The translations under genes were made by a program, and so were the position numbers. From Azolla caroliniana (taxonomy: Eukaryota > Plantae > Polypodiophyta): 64,000 bases of DNA. The stretch spans positions 9,672,001 through 9,736,000 of the forward strand of contig JBHGNT010000006.1 in the NCBI GenBank assembly GCA_043228905.1, written 5' to 3'. Numbering within the stretch: the stretch's first letter is position 1; every line of letters starts with the position of its first letter. The notes beneath the pieces were generated by a model that saw only the letters and a list, made by a program, of their open reading frames with translations, was not told where the DNA came from and did not search any database. This document shows positions 1 to 12,997 of this stretch, piece by piece.

Positions 1-380
1 ACTTCATACTAAGTCGGTTGTGACTCCTTGTAACGCTATTTTTTGTATCTCATATTCTACTTGTTAATATACATCTCCTTCTTCTTCTTGAGTATTTCAT
101 ATTGTCTCTTATTTATCTTGTGTTTCTCTCCTCTCCTCTCTTCTCTCACACATACAAACATAACTCACATCTCTTCTGCTTCACAAGAATCACCATTGAT
201 TCTTTACATGGTATCAGGGTGATTTGGTAGCTCGATCTAGCCCACTCGCCTCATCATGATCATGTGTTGTGCTCTACGCCGACATTCAAGAAGAACCGGC
301 TCATCGCTATCGTAGTTCGACTACATAGCTCGTGTTTGAGAGAGAAGGAAAAGAAAAGAAGGAAGAAATCTACATCGACA

Positions 381-3300
381 ATGAATACTCAAATGCGGAG
401 CGCTCTCCCTAGCGAGAAGCTGGATCGCGACAACTTTGCATCTTGGGAGTGCAAGATGCACCAATACCTTGTCGGCCAAGGCTATTGGAGCTACATCAAA
501 GGAGCACAAGAAAATCGGCCCAACCTAGAAGACGCCGACTATGCAACGTGGGAGCAAGCGGCAAGCCGAGTGATGTATTTCTTGGCGACATGTGTTCACG
601 ACCACATGTTTGGGTACATTCGAGAAGCTAAGACGCCGAAGAAAGCGTGGAAGAATCTACGAAAGATTTTCGCCGCCAACACTATCGCGAGGAAGCTTCA
701 ACTCCGCTAAGAGTTGAATAATATCCAACAAAGGGATATGTCTGTCACGAGCTACACCTTGAATATCAAGGAGCTTTGTGATTCGCTCGGCTCGATAAGC
801 GTAAACATGGAGGATGACGAGATGGTGCAAGTATGTCTCAGCGGCCTTGCACCACAATTCGGCGCGATGCGGATTGTCGTACTAGCACGGGAGAATCCAC
901 CCTCCTTCTTCGATCTTCAATCCATGTTGTTGGTTAAAGAGTATCATGTTGGAATGAAGAGCAACGCCTCGGAAGGCCACATGCTCTACACGCATTCGGA
1001 CGGAGGAAGAGGACGCGGTTGTGCAAGAAGAGGCCGATTCGGCCAAGGACGAGGCGGACGAGGCCCGACTTACGAAAACAACTCGTAATTTCGGCATCAA
1101 GACGGAAGCCATCGAGGAACCTTCGGAAGAAGGGGGAGCTTCCATTCCGGTCCGAACCGACAAAGCTCGGTCAAATGCGGATATTGCGGAAAAATCGGCC
1201 ACCACGAAGAAGAATGTCGTAAGAAGATACGTGAGTCGGCTTCCACAAGTCGACAACTCAACAACTACGCCATCAACTCCGACTATGATGATCACGGTGG
1301 AATGTTCGTGATGAGACATAGAGCGAATTCTATGTCGACCTCTACTACTACTAGTGCCTCCGGTCTGGAAGAGGTATGGTTTGTCAATTCCGGTGCCTCG
1401 AACCATATGACATCGTATCAAGAATGGTTCCGAGAACATTGAGAGCCAGACCGACCCGGCTATGTCGAAACCGGAGATGACACTACGCACCCGATTCGGC
1501 ACATCGGCAATGTTCTGTTCGAAGAAGAAGGTAAGCAAACTTATATTAAAAATGTCTTGCATGTACCAACTATCACGAAGAATTTGGTCTCCGTCGCCCA
1601 AATTGTAGAGCAAGTACGATTTAATCAAGGTGGTTGCTTCATTGAAAAAGAGGGCCAACTCATCGCTCGCGGACGAAGAGAGGGACGAATGTTCATTCTC
1701 GACTCACACGAGATAATATCGGCCATGTTTGCAAAGGGCATGAAAGCCGATTCCGACATAGAGTTATGGCACAAGCGGAGCCATATCAACCTCCAAAAGC
1801 TCAAGGCAATGCAATCGAAAGGAGTCGTCGTCGGGCTCCCGACATTCACGGAGAGAGAGATTGAAGGTGTGTGTGCCGCTTGCCAATTCGGCCAGCAACA
1901 TCGGCACCCATTTCCGAAGGAGCGAAACGTGAGCAAAGGCGTACTCGACATAATTCATTCCGATGTATGGGGTTCGGCTCAAACGGCGACATTCGGCGTA
2001 TGCCGATACTACGTGACCTTCATCAAGGACTTCTCTACACACAGTTGGATCTACCCAATGCAACAAAAGAGCGAAGTATTCGGACACTTCCAAAAATTTA
2101 AGAATGAAGTCGAGAAAGCCATGGGCCGACGTGTGCGATGTCGTCGGTCAGATGGAGGCAAGGAGTACTTCTCCAACAAATTTTCGGCGTTTCTACGGAA
2201 AGAAGGAATACGGCGAGAGTTTTTGTGTCAACATACGCCGCAAGAATCGGCACATCCTCGAAGTGGCACGGGCTATGCTTAACGAAAAGCACATGCCAAA
2301 ATCGTATTGGGCAGAAGCAGCTAACACGGCCGTCTATCTTATGAATTTGTGTACGATATCGAATGTGCACGAACTTACTCCGCACGAGAAGTTCTTTGGA
2401 AAGAAGTCGGACCTATCGCATGTTTGGATATTCGGCTCCATTACGTATGTGCACATCCTCGATGAGAAGCGTCAAAAGCTCGACCCGAAGTCGGAGAAAT
2501 GTATCCTTGTAGGATACTCACTGGAGCAAAATGTGTACAAGTGCTACAACCCCTCAACTCGAAAATCTCGAGTAATTCAAGACGTCGTTTTCGACGAGTC
2601 CGCATCCTGGTACGCACCAGAGACAACTTCGACTTCGATTTCGCTCGACCCGGATTCCGCCGAAATAGAGATAGAAGCCGAAGGTCGACTTATGCGCATG
2701 TTCAAAGAAAGTCTGATCACGACCCGACTAAGCGGACCAGAAGAGCCCCCGAGCGATCAAACCACATCTCGGCCGAGTCCGAAGATGGACAAAGGGAAGG
2801 CAAAAATGCCCGAATATGAAGATGATCACTTCGACGGCAACGATTCGACTCACTCCCTCGATAGTGAGTTCAAAGGCCTTGAGATCCTGAAAAATGGAGC
2901 GCAGAACGCCATAGTATCCGCAAACGAAAAGCTCCGCTAATCCACCCGTGAAAAGAACCCCGTAAGCCGATTCAGCTACAACGATTATATGGTGTACCAT
3001 TACGCCTTTATGATGAAGGTCGCAATAGTACGGGAACCGGAAACCTTTTCCGAAGCCATGAAGGACCCGCGATGGGTCGAAGCAATGAACGAGGAGATGT
3101 GTGCACTACACAAGAATGACACATGGGATGTCATTCCCCACTCACCGCACAGGAAGGCGATCGGATGTAGATGGATCTACAAGGTGAACTATAATGTCGA
3201 CGGCTCTGTAAACCGCTACAAAGCTCGACTCGTAGCGAAAGGATACGCACAAACACATGGCGTCGACTACGAAGAAACATTTACCCTAGTGGCAAAGATG

Positions 3301-4590
3301 ACGACTATGCGGACCGTAATTGCACTCGCAGCGGCTAAAGGGTGGCACCTCCATCAAATGGACATCAAGAACGCCTTTCTTCAAGGCGAATTAGACGAGG
3401 AGGTGTACATGGTACAACCACCCGGCTTCGAATCGCACATTCATCCAAAAGTCGTATGCCAACTCAAGAAGCCTCTCTACGGCCTCAAGCGAGCACCGCG
3501 TCCTTGGCATTCAAAGATTATGCAATATCTTCATCAAATCAGCTTTCGAATGTCGAAATCCGACAACTCCCTCTACGTACGAGACGATTCTAGAAGCCTA
3601 ATTGTCATCATCCTATACATGGTTGATCTTGTCATTGGAGGTGAAAGTCTAGTCGACATCAACAAGGTGAAGTCCCTCCTCTCCTGAAAATTCGAGATGA
3701 CGGACATGAAGGAGCTCCATTACTTCCTTGGCATCGAAGTAATTCGGATTCCAGCCGGCATTATGATCTCTCAACGGCACTACATTCGCAACTTGTTATA
3801 CAAGTTCCAGATGATTGAGTGCAAATCGGTCGCTACGCCTCTCGATCGAAAACTCAAACTAGATGCATACTGCGGCACAGACGAGTGCGAGCCGACCCAA
3901 TATCGTCAACTGATCGGGAGCCTCATCTATCTCACGATCACTTGACCCGACCTTAGCTATCCAGTCGGACTCCTCAGCCAAGTCATGCAAAAACCACGCA
4001 ACATTCACTTGGATTGTGTTAAGCGAGTATTACGATACGTGAGCGGCACAATGGATTACGGCGTTCTCTACGCATCGGCCACACCAATATGACTTCAAGG
4101 GTATACGGATGCGGATTGGGTTGGCTACAAAGCCGATCGACGATCGACCTCCGGATTTTTCTACTCCCTCGGCAGCGGAGCGATTTCGTGGAGTAGTAAG
4201 AAGCAGCCTACCGTTGCCCTTTCGAGTATGGAGGCGGAATACAGGGGCGCAATCGTAGCTGCATGTGAAGCCGTATGGCTCAAGAGGATTTTGAAGGATC
4301 TGGGTGTTCCCATCAAGTATCTGACTCCCCTTTACTGCGACAACATGAGCAGTATATATCTGGCTCGGAACCTGGTGTTTCACGCACGCACAAAGCATAT
4401 CGAAGTGCACTATCACTTTATTTGAGAGCGCGTACAGGTCGGAGATGTCGACCTTCAACACATCAATATGAATCTTCAGACGGCCGACATCTTCACCAAA
4501 GCCTTAGGAGCTGACAAGCTTCGGCAATTCATGTCAGACCTTGGATTGACGATCCCTGACTTGCCAAGCTTGAGGGGGAGTACAAGTGAG
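381..4590 (+). pseudogene. Disrupted copia Gag-Pol polyprotein (Gag-PR-INT-RT-RH)
   Basis: ORFs 264-710, 714-1088, 1557-2282, 2104-2940, 2989-3687, 3697-3945, 4228-4425 and 4468-4698 are successive pieces of one copia polyprotein, probably starting MNTQM at 381. Confidence 0.9.
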
Positions 4591-4711
4591 AACCGGATAC
4601 CGTCTGAATCGGGCACGAGCCTAAGCGGACACCGGAGATCGTCCGAACCAGATACAAACCGAAGTGGACATCAATCGAAAGGAACCAACCTGAGTTGAGC
4701 TTGAGGGGGCG

Positions 4712-5151
4712 TGTTGAGAATCAAGCTCAACATAGCACAACGTGTGAACACACCTTTTGAGAATCTATGATTACTCAAAGGTCCAGAGTCACACCACTAC
4801 TCTCTACACATTAAATATGTGTCATAGAATCATATTCTATGACACATAACTAATGAGTTACATATCCCCCAAGAGAGAGAGAGAGAGTGGTTGTTGTAAA
4901 GTTAATGAAGAGAGAGGGTGACTCTATATAAAGCACCCTCCTCATACTTCATACTAGTCGGTTGTGACTCCTTGTAATGCTACATTTTGTATTTCTCATT
5001 CTACTTGTGAATATACATCTTCTTCTTGAGTACATGTTTCATTTCTCTAGCTTATCTATCTTGTGTTTCTATTCTCTTCTCTAATTCCTCTCACACATAC
5101 ACATAACACACATCTCTTCCGCTACACAAGAATCATATCCGATTCTTTACA
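4712..5151 (+). repeat. 3' LTR (440 bp, TGTTGAGAATCAAGCTCAAC...GATTCTTTACA)
   Basis: TG..CA ends, preceded by PPT, TATA-like CTATATAAA ~4924; its 3' half aligns with 1-208. Confidence 0.93.
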
Positions 5152-5299
5152 GCGTATGATGTGCTCATCCTTCTTGGTGGAAATTTTATGATGCTGACAT
5201 TACATGCCTATCTTACATGTCATCATATTTCTTGCGATTACGTTATATGTTGAGCATGCGATAAGTATGTGATATTCATCCTCCACTAGGCTTCCATTG

Positions 5300-6120
5300 C
5301 ATACCTTGTATATCTTCATATTTGGGGACAATGTTATGATGCTACCTGAACACAATTTCTGTGAGCGAGTTCAAAGAAGTGTGAAGTTCTTCGAGATCTA
5401 AGGCTCATGGGAGTAGTGTGATGTGATTGGATACATTCTATCATTTTTTCCTTGTATTGTGCCAATATTGGGGGGTTAATATTTGCAATGTAATATTCCA
5501 ATTTTGACATTTTAGCATCTTGCAACTTCATCCTTAATGCCTCTACTAATCTATAATGAATGATCACATACTTCATAAAATAACCTAAGAGCTCCCACAA
5601 ATCCGTTAATCCCCATCTCTTAAACCATTTCATAATGTCAAGCACTCAACCACATGACAGGATTTTGCTTTATAGTTTTTTGTAATTTGCATCCTATGTT
5701 CCAATCTCGTTTGGGCAGTCCATGATTATGCATATTCTTGACGTTTGTGATATACTTGTATACTCTTTGCATGGCCAATACCTCTATGGTCGAGCACCTA
5801 TTTCTAATACCATGATAGGATAGGATTTTGAGGATTTTACCCCTCATTGTCTATGGTCTAAGAACATTTTTTTGTTTTTCTCTATTTCATTTCCATGAAC
5901 TAAGTGAGATAGTGTTGTCCCACACTTACACTCCATAAAGTAACACTCAAACCACCATAGCATTGAATAACATCAATATCACTTCACATCTTTGAGTGTC
6001 ACTTTGGTTGCATTCATTCTCAAACATATAATACCTATCCAATGTGCTCAAAATCTATACTTTAGCATACATTCCACCTATTTGTCGATGAGTCATTGAT
6101 ACCAATATATTTGGAGCTTT
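5300..6120 (-). mobile_element. Degenerate non-LTR (RTE-like LINE) ORF C-terminal fragment
   Basis: ORFs 5334-5645 and 5638-5847 read like the post-RT region of the LINE seen elsewhere in the window (LRSRRTSH..., YLV SMTH..., YGV.VW motifs in broken frames). Confidence 0.55.
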
Positions 6121-6221
6121 GCCACCTCATTAGTATGCATGATCGCCACTTGGCATTCATGCAAGCATGACAGTTAATGATCATGCATTAGCTTGTGCGA
6201 GGTGGTGACATTTCATAATAT

Positions 6222-6225
<4 letters not shown>

Positions 6226-6272
<47 letters not shown>
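6226..6272. repeat. (GT)n microsatellite
   Basis: Direct reading. Confidence 0.95.
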
Positions 6273-6274
<2 letters not shown>

Positions 6275-6847
6275 AATGTATAATATAATATATCCTATAG
6301 GTTGAGCTGTATATTATCCTTCGAGAAGTTGTGAATTCAAATCTCTATGATGAGTTTAGAGTGTTATTATATGTTTGTGCCATCCCCGATTTGATTCATC
6401 AGTGATTGAATGCTTCCTTCTCACCATACACTTGCCCTATCCTTCAACCTTTTATATATTTCTAATTTCACTCATTTCCTCGTGTGCGCTCCCCACATCA
6501 CGACACCGTTACAAGGATGTATGAGTTAGAGAAGATGAAAAGCCCACCAAGATTTGTGATGACGTTATCATTGAGTACTTTGGATCTAGAATCTACAGAC
6601 AACCATGTTGCCTCTTATTGTCGTAGTATTCTTACACACCGCAGCAACTTTCAATAGAGTGTTTGCCTTGAATCTCCAAAAATCCCCCCAACAACAAGCT
6701 CTCTTGATTCTTTTATAATATTCTAGAGCTTCATTCCCAAATAAAAATAGTGGTGTCGATTTTATTTATTTTATTATTATTATTATTATTATTTAAATAA
6801 AAGATACACCTTGGTATTAAAAATCATTATAAATACAAAAGTTGAGT

Positions 6848-8186
6848 TTAATAAATGAGCCTAGAATGAGCACATGCACTCAACAGACATAATAAATTTA
6901 TCTTGTCAAGAGATAAGCCCTCACTTTCCATGTGTTTGAGACACTTCGGGGCTTCATGTCCTTGTCCTTGTTGAGCATGGCCAGCAATAAGGGATGACCA
7001 AGCAATCACATCTCGAAGATGAAGCTCATCCAGTACTCTTCTTGCTTTCTCATGCATACCACATCTCGAAGATGAAGCTTTCTCAATCATACCCAAAAAT
7101 GATTGCAAACCATGTGATGACATTGCGATTAGAATGGTCTTCGAGTGTTTTTGGGCTTTGTCAAGAACTCCACATTTAGCATACATATCAACTAAAGCAT
7201 TACCAAACACAATATCCTTCTCTATGAAGTTTCGGCTCCGAATTTGATCATGAATTTGTTTGAAATACCCTCATTTTTTCTATTTGTTTGAAACAATTTA
7301 ATGCTCCATGGTCATGTCATGCCCTTGCTGAGTATACCCTGTTTTGAAGCATTTTAAAGCTTCATAAACTCGGCCTTCTTGTGCATAACCTGAAATTAAC
7401 GAAAAGGAACCCTCGTGTGCAAACTCAATTCCATGGCTTCAAACATGATGGCTGGTTCGGTTAGAACAACAACAACAAAACAAAGCTAATGCCAACCATA
7501 AATCCATCCATCCATTCACGAGGAGAGAAGGAGCTAAAAACACTTCCAATGAACAATTAAGGGCCGGAATTTTGCTATCCACATCTATTGAAATGTGCTG
7601 AGAGATGCAAAAATAGAGCCTCCAATCTAGACACTATATTTCCTTTCAAGTGGTGCCACAACTTTGATTTTCATACAACTAGGTGCAAGTGTCGTTATCT
7701 CCTTGCTCATCCTATTAGAAATGCCAGGAAACATAGTGGATCCTCCACGGAGCACAACATTACCATAAAGGTCTTTCCGGATATCCACAACCCTTCATGC
7801 TAGAGTTGTTTGTAGTTTCATGGATATTTGCAGTCTCCATGCCGATGAGAGATGGCTGAAATAATACTTCTGGACATCGAAATCGCTCTGCACCTATAAT
7901 TATCACTTGTCCATCTAGAAGCCATTCCACGATATAACATTTCATATTGGCAACTTTCCGAGCAGTTTTTGTGCTTTCAAAAGAGCACCACATTTAGCAT
8001 ACATGCTGATCAAAGCAGTTGCTAGATACGAGCTTTTTTCAAGCAACCCTTTTCTCACAATATATGCATGTATTCTAAAACCTTCACAAAAGGATCCTTC
8101 CTCTGGACACAAGCTTTGAGAAATGCCACAACATTGAAATCTTCTTTTGACATTCTCTTCATTTCTCTTTTAAGTGTTGATACCAT
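6848..8186 (-). pseudogene. PLS-type pentatricopeptide-repeat (PPR) pseudogene, interrupted by an actin insert at 7402-7922
   Basis: Minus strand from ATG ~8186: ..[67 protein letters not shown] | LISGYAQEGRVYEALKCF .. FGNALVDMYAKCGVLDKAQ .. RDVIAWSSLIAGHAQQGQGHEA..LLCLLSACAHS. Contains stops, frameshifts and internal deletions. Confidence 0.88.
7402..7922 (-). pseudogene. ACT: Processed actin pseudogene fragment (C-terminal ~130 codons plus ~130 nt 3' UTR)
   Basis: [117 protein letters not shown]; stop at 7534-7536. No intron at the FQQ/MWI junction. Confidence 0.93.
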
Positions 8187-9249
8187 AATGTTCTCTTCCC
8201 CTGTTTTCTCTTAAATTGCCCATATTTAGGATGACCATCAATGTCTTTCCCTACCACATACATCTCCTCATAGCCGATTTGATGTGTATATACAAGAATT
8301 ACACATATTTGTACACCATATATCCAAGATTTTTATCGTTTACTCCTCGCAAACAGCGATTGAACATGCAATGTAACCTATACCACCAAAATCTGTAACA
8401 ACAGAGTGTCCATAAACAAAGTTAGTGGTGTCAATTTTAACATGCATTATTGCTTTTTCTTTTTAAATGTGCCTATTGTTATCTTAGTAAGGGTGCCTAG
8501 TATTACCAAAAGGTTTATCATCATGTCCATCTCCATTTCTCTAACATCACTCGCTCACTATAGCTCACATATTCCTCCCAGAGGTCCTAAAAAGGTTAGG
8601 ATCCTTGACCTTATCGCTACAAGCGAATAATGTTCACAACTTCGGTTATCTTTAGTTAATGGTTTCAATTCCATCTCAATGCATATCCTTGTTTGTCTCA
8701 TGTTCAATACATCTCTAGTCTATTGTAAATTGGAGTTTCTAACACTTTCCTCTTCTGAACACACCATATCACGATAGTGCGTCTAATATGAGCTAGGAGA
8801 CAAAAAATATAACATTTTCACCTTATACATTTGAAAGTGAGTTAGAAGTCTTGTTGTTCAAGAACTTAATGAATGAATGTTGCAATTGAGAGTGCATACT
8901 ATGATTGTGAAAGAAATTTGTCCAAGGATTGCGTCTTAGTTGAAGATGTGCGGAAAGCATAACAATGTGATTAAAGGTGGAGCATTGTATCAAAGTGTGA
9001 TACTCAATTTCTCCTTATCTAGCAAAACGTGCATAATTGGCCACTCTCACAAATTATGCCATGACATCCACCTCACATCAAAGTGAGTATGCAATAAGTT
9101 GTATGGAAGCAATGGTTTGGACGATAGACAAGGGGAAGGGCTCTAACTTGTATTGAAGAGTGTGGTTTCTCCATTCAACAAAGAATATGATTTTGTCGTT
9201 AGGTGCAACATATGTAGTATAATGTGTGTAATGTGAGACTCTAGTAAAT

Positions 9250-10570
9250 TTTACCTATATCTTGATACATGAATGTTGCAAAACGGCCCCATTCGCAAAT
9301 GAATCAATTGATGCATCATAAAGTAAGTGTGTTATATCCCATCTTCCAAACCAAAATTCCATATCTTGCATCCAACTAGAACACAATTTTTCTTTTGTTA
9401 CGTGTCTTTTGGATATTTTTGCTTGTTTGCCATGTGATTCTAGGAAACTAATGTGAGGAACTTTTTTTAACAGTAAGCATATATTCAACAACCCTTTCCA
9501 TAGCCATTATCTCAATGGGAAATTATCCCATCTCAACAAATTAGAGGATGTATGACATTTGTTTTTTGACTTGGTGAAACTTTGTAAGAAAAATCTTTTG
9601 GACATTTTCAAACTCTTTTGGGGTGGACTTAGGGATATTATTGGCCCATACTTACACCTAGTAAAGAAGCACTAGTGTCACCAAAGTGTTGAAAAGTTAT
9701 TTCTTAAGGACCGAACATTCAATTTCCCACCATTACATGTATTCTCAAATGTATGATATCCTCCCTTTCTCACCTCTAAATGATTCCATATGTGATTTGA
9801 GGGAATTCAAGGCCAAGGTACATCATGCATGGTTTCCACAATTTTAAGTGGTTCATCATTGTATAGTTTATCCTTATTTTGGCTCTTCGCAAGCATAATC
9901 ATCATTTTAGAGCTATTGGCACTCAACTTAATCTACATGCAAAACCTTCCAATGCCCTCATAAGCTTTTGTGCACCTTCTAAACTATTTGCAAAAAGTAT
10001 CACATCATCTACATATAACAAAAACATGATGACTACATTCTTGATGACAATTTTTTAAATCTTTATTCTATTACAAACTTGGCCATCATTTGTTTTAATT
10101 CATCAATGCGTAGAGCAAATAGAGTTGGTGATAGTGAGCATCCTTGCTTACCACTAGTGCTATTGAAAAAATATAAAATTTCATTGCCCATAGTCATATA
10201 ACATATCCCTTTCTCATAGATTTGGGCAATCGCTAGCATCTATTCACTTGGCACCTCAAGTTCGTCCATGCACCTCAAAGATGTTTACGGGGTACAATGC
10301 CAAAAGATTTCTTGAAATCTATGAAGGTATAATATAAACAATTACCTCTCAATAGACTTTCTTCCATTGACCCTTGAAGGGTGACAAGCTAATTGATGGT
10401 GCTATGGTGTTTTTGAAAGTTATCCCTTCCATAAATTTCCTTACCATTTTTTGCAGCCCATGAACTTATCTTTGATTCCATTATACATCAAAATAGTCTT
10501 GTCATTAGTGAGGCAACCATGATGGTTCTATAGAGGTTCACATTATTTATATCTTCACCTTTGTGTGAAG
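9250..10570 (-). mobile_element. Degenerate RTE-like LINE reverse-transcriptase fragment
   Basis: Minus strand reads G-KQGCSLSPTLF (~10120-10152), LLYVDDVILFANSLEGAQ (~9970-10025) and DFKKSFGIVP-like motif (~10290-10320); broken frames. Confidence 0.75.
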
Positions 10571-10634
10571 GTTTAATTCGCAGTCCAATCGTAGGGCATG
10601 TCACGTTACAATGCATGATTAAACATATCTCTTA

Positions 10635-10667
10635 TGCATGCATGCATGCATGCATGCATGGCATGTG

Positions 10668-10705
<38 letters not shown>

Positions 10706-10850
10706 AGGCTTTGGGTTCAAATCGACGTATTCTCTCTTGGTGGCGAACCGGGCAAAAGTGGTAGTCAAACATCTCCAAGCTACTAACTTACTCATATTTA
10801 AGGTCTAGTACTTAATATATATATATATATATATCACACACACACACACA
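10635..10850. repeat. Microsatellite cluster (CATG)n, (GT)n, (AT)n(AC)n
   Basis: Direct reading at ~10635-10660, ~10668-10703, ~10815-10850. Confidence 0.9.
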
Positions 10851-10895
10851 AGAAGGCGAAGACAAAGAAGACAATTGATTATTAACCACACTCCT

Positions 10896-11507
10896 TGTTA
10901 GAAATATTGAGAATCAATTAGATAGGTATATAGAGTTACAACCACAAAGATGGATATATGAAAACAAAACTTCTATTACATATGAGAGTAGCTCACAATG
11001 GTCGTTCACCCATGTACTCACACCTTAGAGCTTAGATGGGATCTGGACCAGCTCACTACAAAATTAGTGGAGACTGATGATCAATACAACCACTGTGTAA
11101 GAAAGGTATAACATTAAATGTGCAAGTCAGTTGATAGTAGTGGAGATATTCCCTTTTTGTCAACTAACTTGTCATTTAATATGGCCCAATTCCCTAGATA
11201 CAAGCTAGTGCTAGATAATACTTATCTTGAAGTCAAGGGCACATACTTTAAGACTAAGTACATTGTAACTTGCCCACAAAATATTCTAGTTGACTTGATT
11301 AGCCAATCCTATTACCAATTTTGCTCTTTCCTAAATCCATTGTGTCCTACGCATCTACGGTTTCCTAGATTAACACCTTACCGCACCATATGGTCGAGTT
11401 CCACACTAGCCGCTCCTCATTTGGGGCACTATCACAAAATGTGCACTCTAAGAGCACATATGGGGATAGATTTACAACTTGGGGCTGATAATTGATTATA
11501 TGTAACA
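10896..11507 (-). repeat. 3' LTR of copia element 10896-17461
   Basis: Direct repeat of 16873-17461; adjacent PPT. Confidence 0.92.
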
Positions 11508-12670
11508 TGCCCCCTCAATGGTCAACCCATTGAGTTCACTTGGAATTGGGCCAACTCGTAGTCGTCGAAGGTGTTGTTGTCGTTGTTTTGCTCCAAGCGC
11601 CTTTGTGAAGATATCCGCAACATTTTATGATGCCGGATAGTACTCAAGCTCCACAGTCTCATCATTTATTAGCTCCTACACATAGTGATACTGAATCTCT
11701 ATGTGTTTAGTACGTGCATGAAATACAAGGTTCTTGGCAATGGCCATGCAACTCTGATTGTCACACCTCAATACCGTTGTCGTCCTTATTGGAACTGCCA
11801 CATCCTTAAGGATTCTTCTTAGCCAAATTACCTCACATGTCGCTATGCATGTTGCTTTGTATTTTGCCGCCGTTGAAGATGGTGCCACTGTTGGTTGTTT
11901 TTTACTACTCCATGAAATAGCTCTAGAGCCTATTGAAAAACAATATCCAGAAACTAATTTTCTAGAATCACTATCTCCAACCCCGTCTAAGTCGCAATAC
12001 CCACTAAGTTCGTCAATTGTTGGCTTGTAGAAGATTCTGTAATTTAAAGTACGCATAATGTACTTTAATACACGTAGTGCAACTTTCCTATGAGTCTCCT
12101 TCGGCTTGTTGCTGAATCGACTCACCACACCGACTACAAAACAAATATCCGGCCTAGTGTTGCATAGAAAAATTATACTTCCTACTAGTTGTTTATACTT
12201 CCTTATGTCAACCATTGGTGATGGGTCTTCTTGGGATAGATTACAGTTTGACTCCATTGGAGTCGACTTCGACTTATTGTCCATCATCCCAAAGTTCTTC
12301 AAGATCTCTGTTGCATATTTTCTTTGTGACATGAAGATGCCAACTGAGGTTTGCCAAACCCCAATTCCAAGGAAGTAGTGTAGAATCCCCAAGTCTGTCA
12401 TTTCAAACTGCGTTTTCAAACACTCTTGTGTTTGGCCAATACACTCTTCATGGATACCAGTAAGTACTAGATCATCCACGTAAATGATGATGATGACTTG
12501 TTTCCCGTTGTCGTGAAGTACGAAAGCTTCACATTAAAAGTCTACAAAAAGATAAATACATAAGTAAAATAAAATATATCTTGATAATGTTTTATAAAGG
12601 TAATATTAAAATTACACTATGATAATATTATACATTATATGTAGAGGCAAATAAAAATATATATATTATA

Positions 12671-12982
12671 GGGAAAAGTACCATGATACCCTTGGAAGTT
12701 CGTCTATTTACCAGAATGCCCCTGGAAGTTCCAAATTTACTAAACTACCCCTATGTCCAAAAAATTACACTTTATAAAGTAATTATACACTCAAATATTT
12801 GGTAAATAAGGCTAGTTTGGCTCCATTTCTTTCATCTTTGGTAAATAGGGCTTGTAGATTTGAGTGTATAATTACTTTATAAAGTGTAATTTTTTGGATA
12901 TAGGTGTAGTTTGGTAAATTTGGAACTTTCAGGGGCATTTTGGTAAATAAACGAACTTCCAAGGTATCCTGGTACTTTTCCC
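12671..12982. mobile_element. Mutator-like MITE with ~125-bp terminal inverted repeats
   Basis: GGGAAAAGTACC...GGTACTTTTCCC with long arms; 9-bp TSD TATATTATA at 12662-12670 and 12983-12991. Confidence 0.9.
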
Positions 12983-12997
12983 TATATTATATTACAT

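Larger units (their letters stand above)
1..5151 (+). mobile_element. Ty1/copia LTR retrotransposon, near full length but degenerate (5' LTR truncated by window edge)
   Basis: 5' LTR ends ..GATTCTTTACA at 208, followed by PBS TGGTATCAG (tRNA-iMet type) at 209. Domain order Gag (KLDRDNFASWECKM; CCHC knuckle ~1175-1220), protease (W-F-V-N-S-G-A-S-N-H-M ~1375), integrase (IIHSDVWG, SDGGKEY), RT (KARLVAKGYAQ, QMDIKNAFL), RNaseH (EAEY, KHIEVHYHF, ADIFTKAL). PPT TTGAGGGGGCG 4701-4711; 3' LTR 4712-5151. Several stops and frameshifts (e.g. TAA 708, TAA 2938, TGA 3685). Confidence 0.95.

Noticed and set aside
882-1658. Long antisense ORFs over copia elements (also 18563-18928, 23137-23595)
   Set aside because: Shadow frames of GC-rich retrotransposon coding sequence.
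6290-6355. Weak tRNA-like motif (..GTGAATTCAAATC)
   Set aside because: Too degenerate to call by eye; noted only as context for the LTR-like terminus at 6505.
11118-11495. ORFs 11118-11495 and 17147-17449 with similar translations
   Set aside because: They lie inside the two LTRs of one element; the similarity is LTR duplication, not a gene pair.
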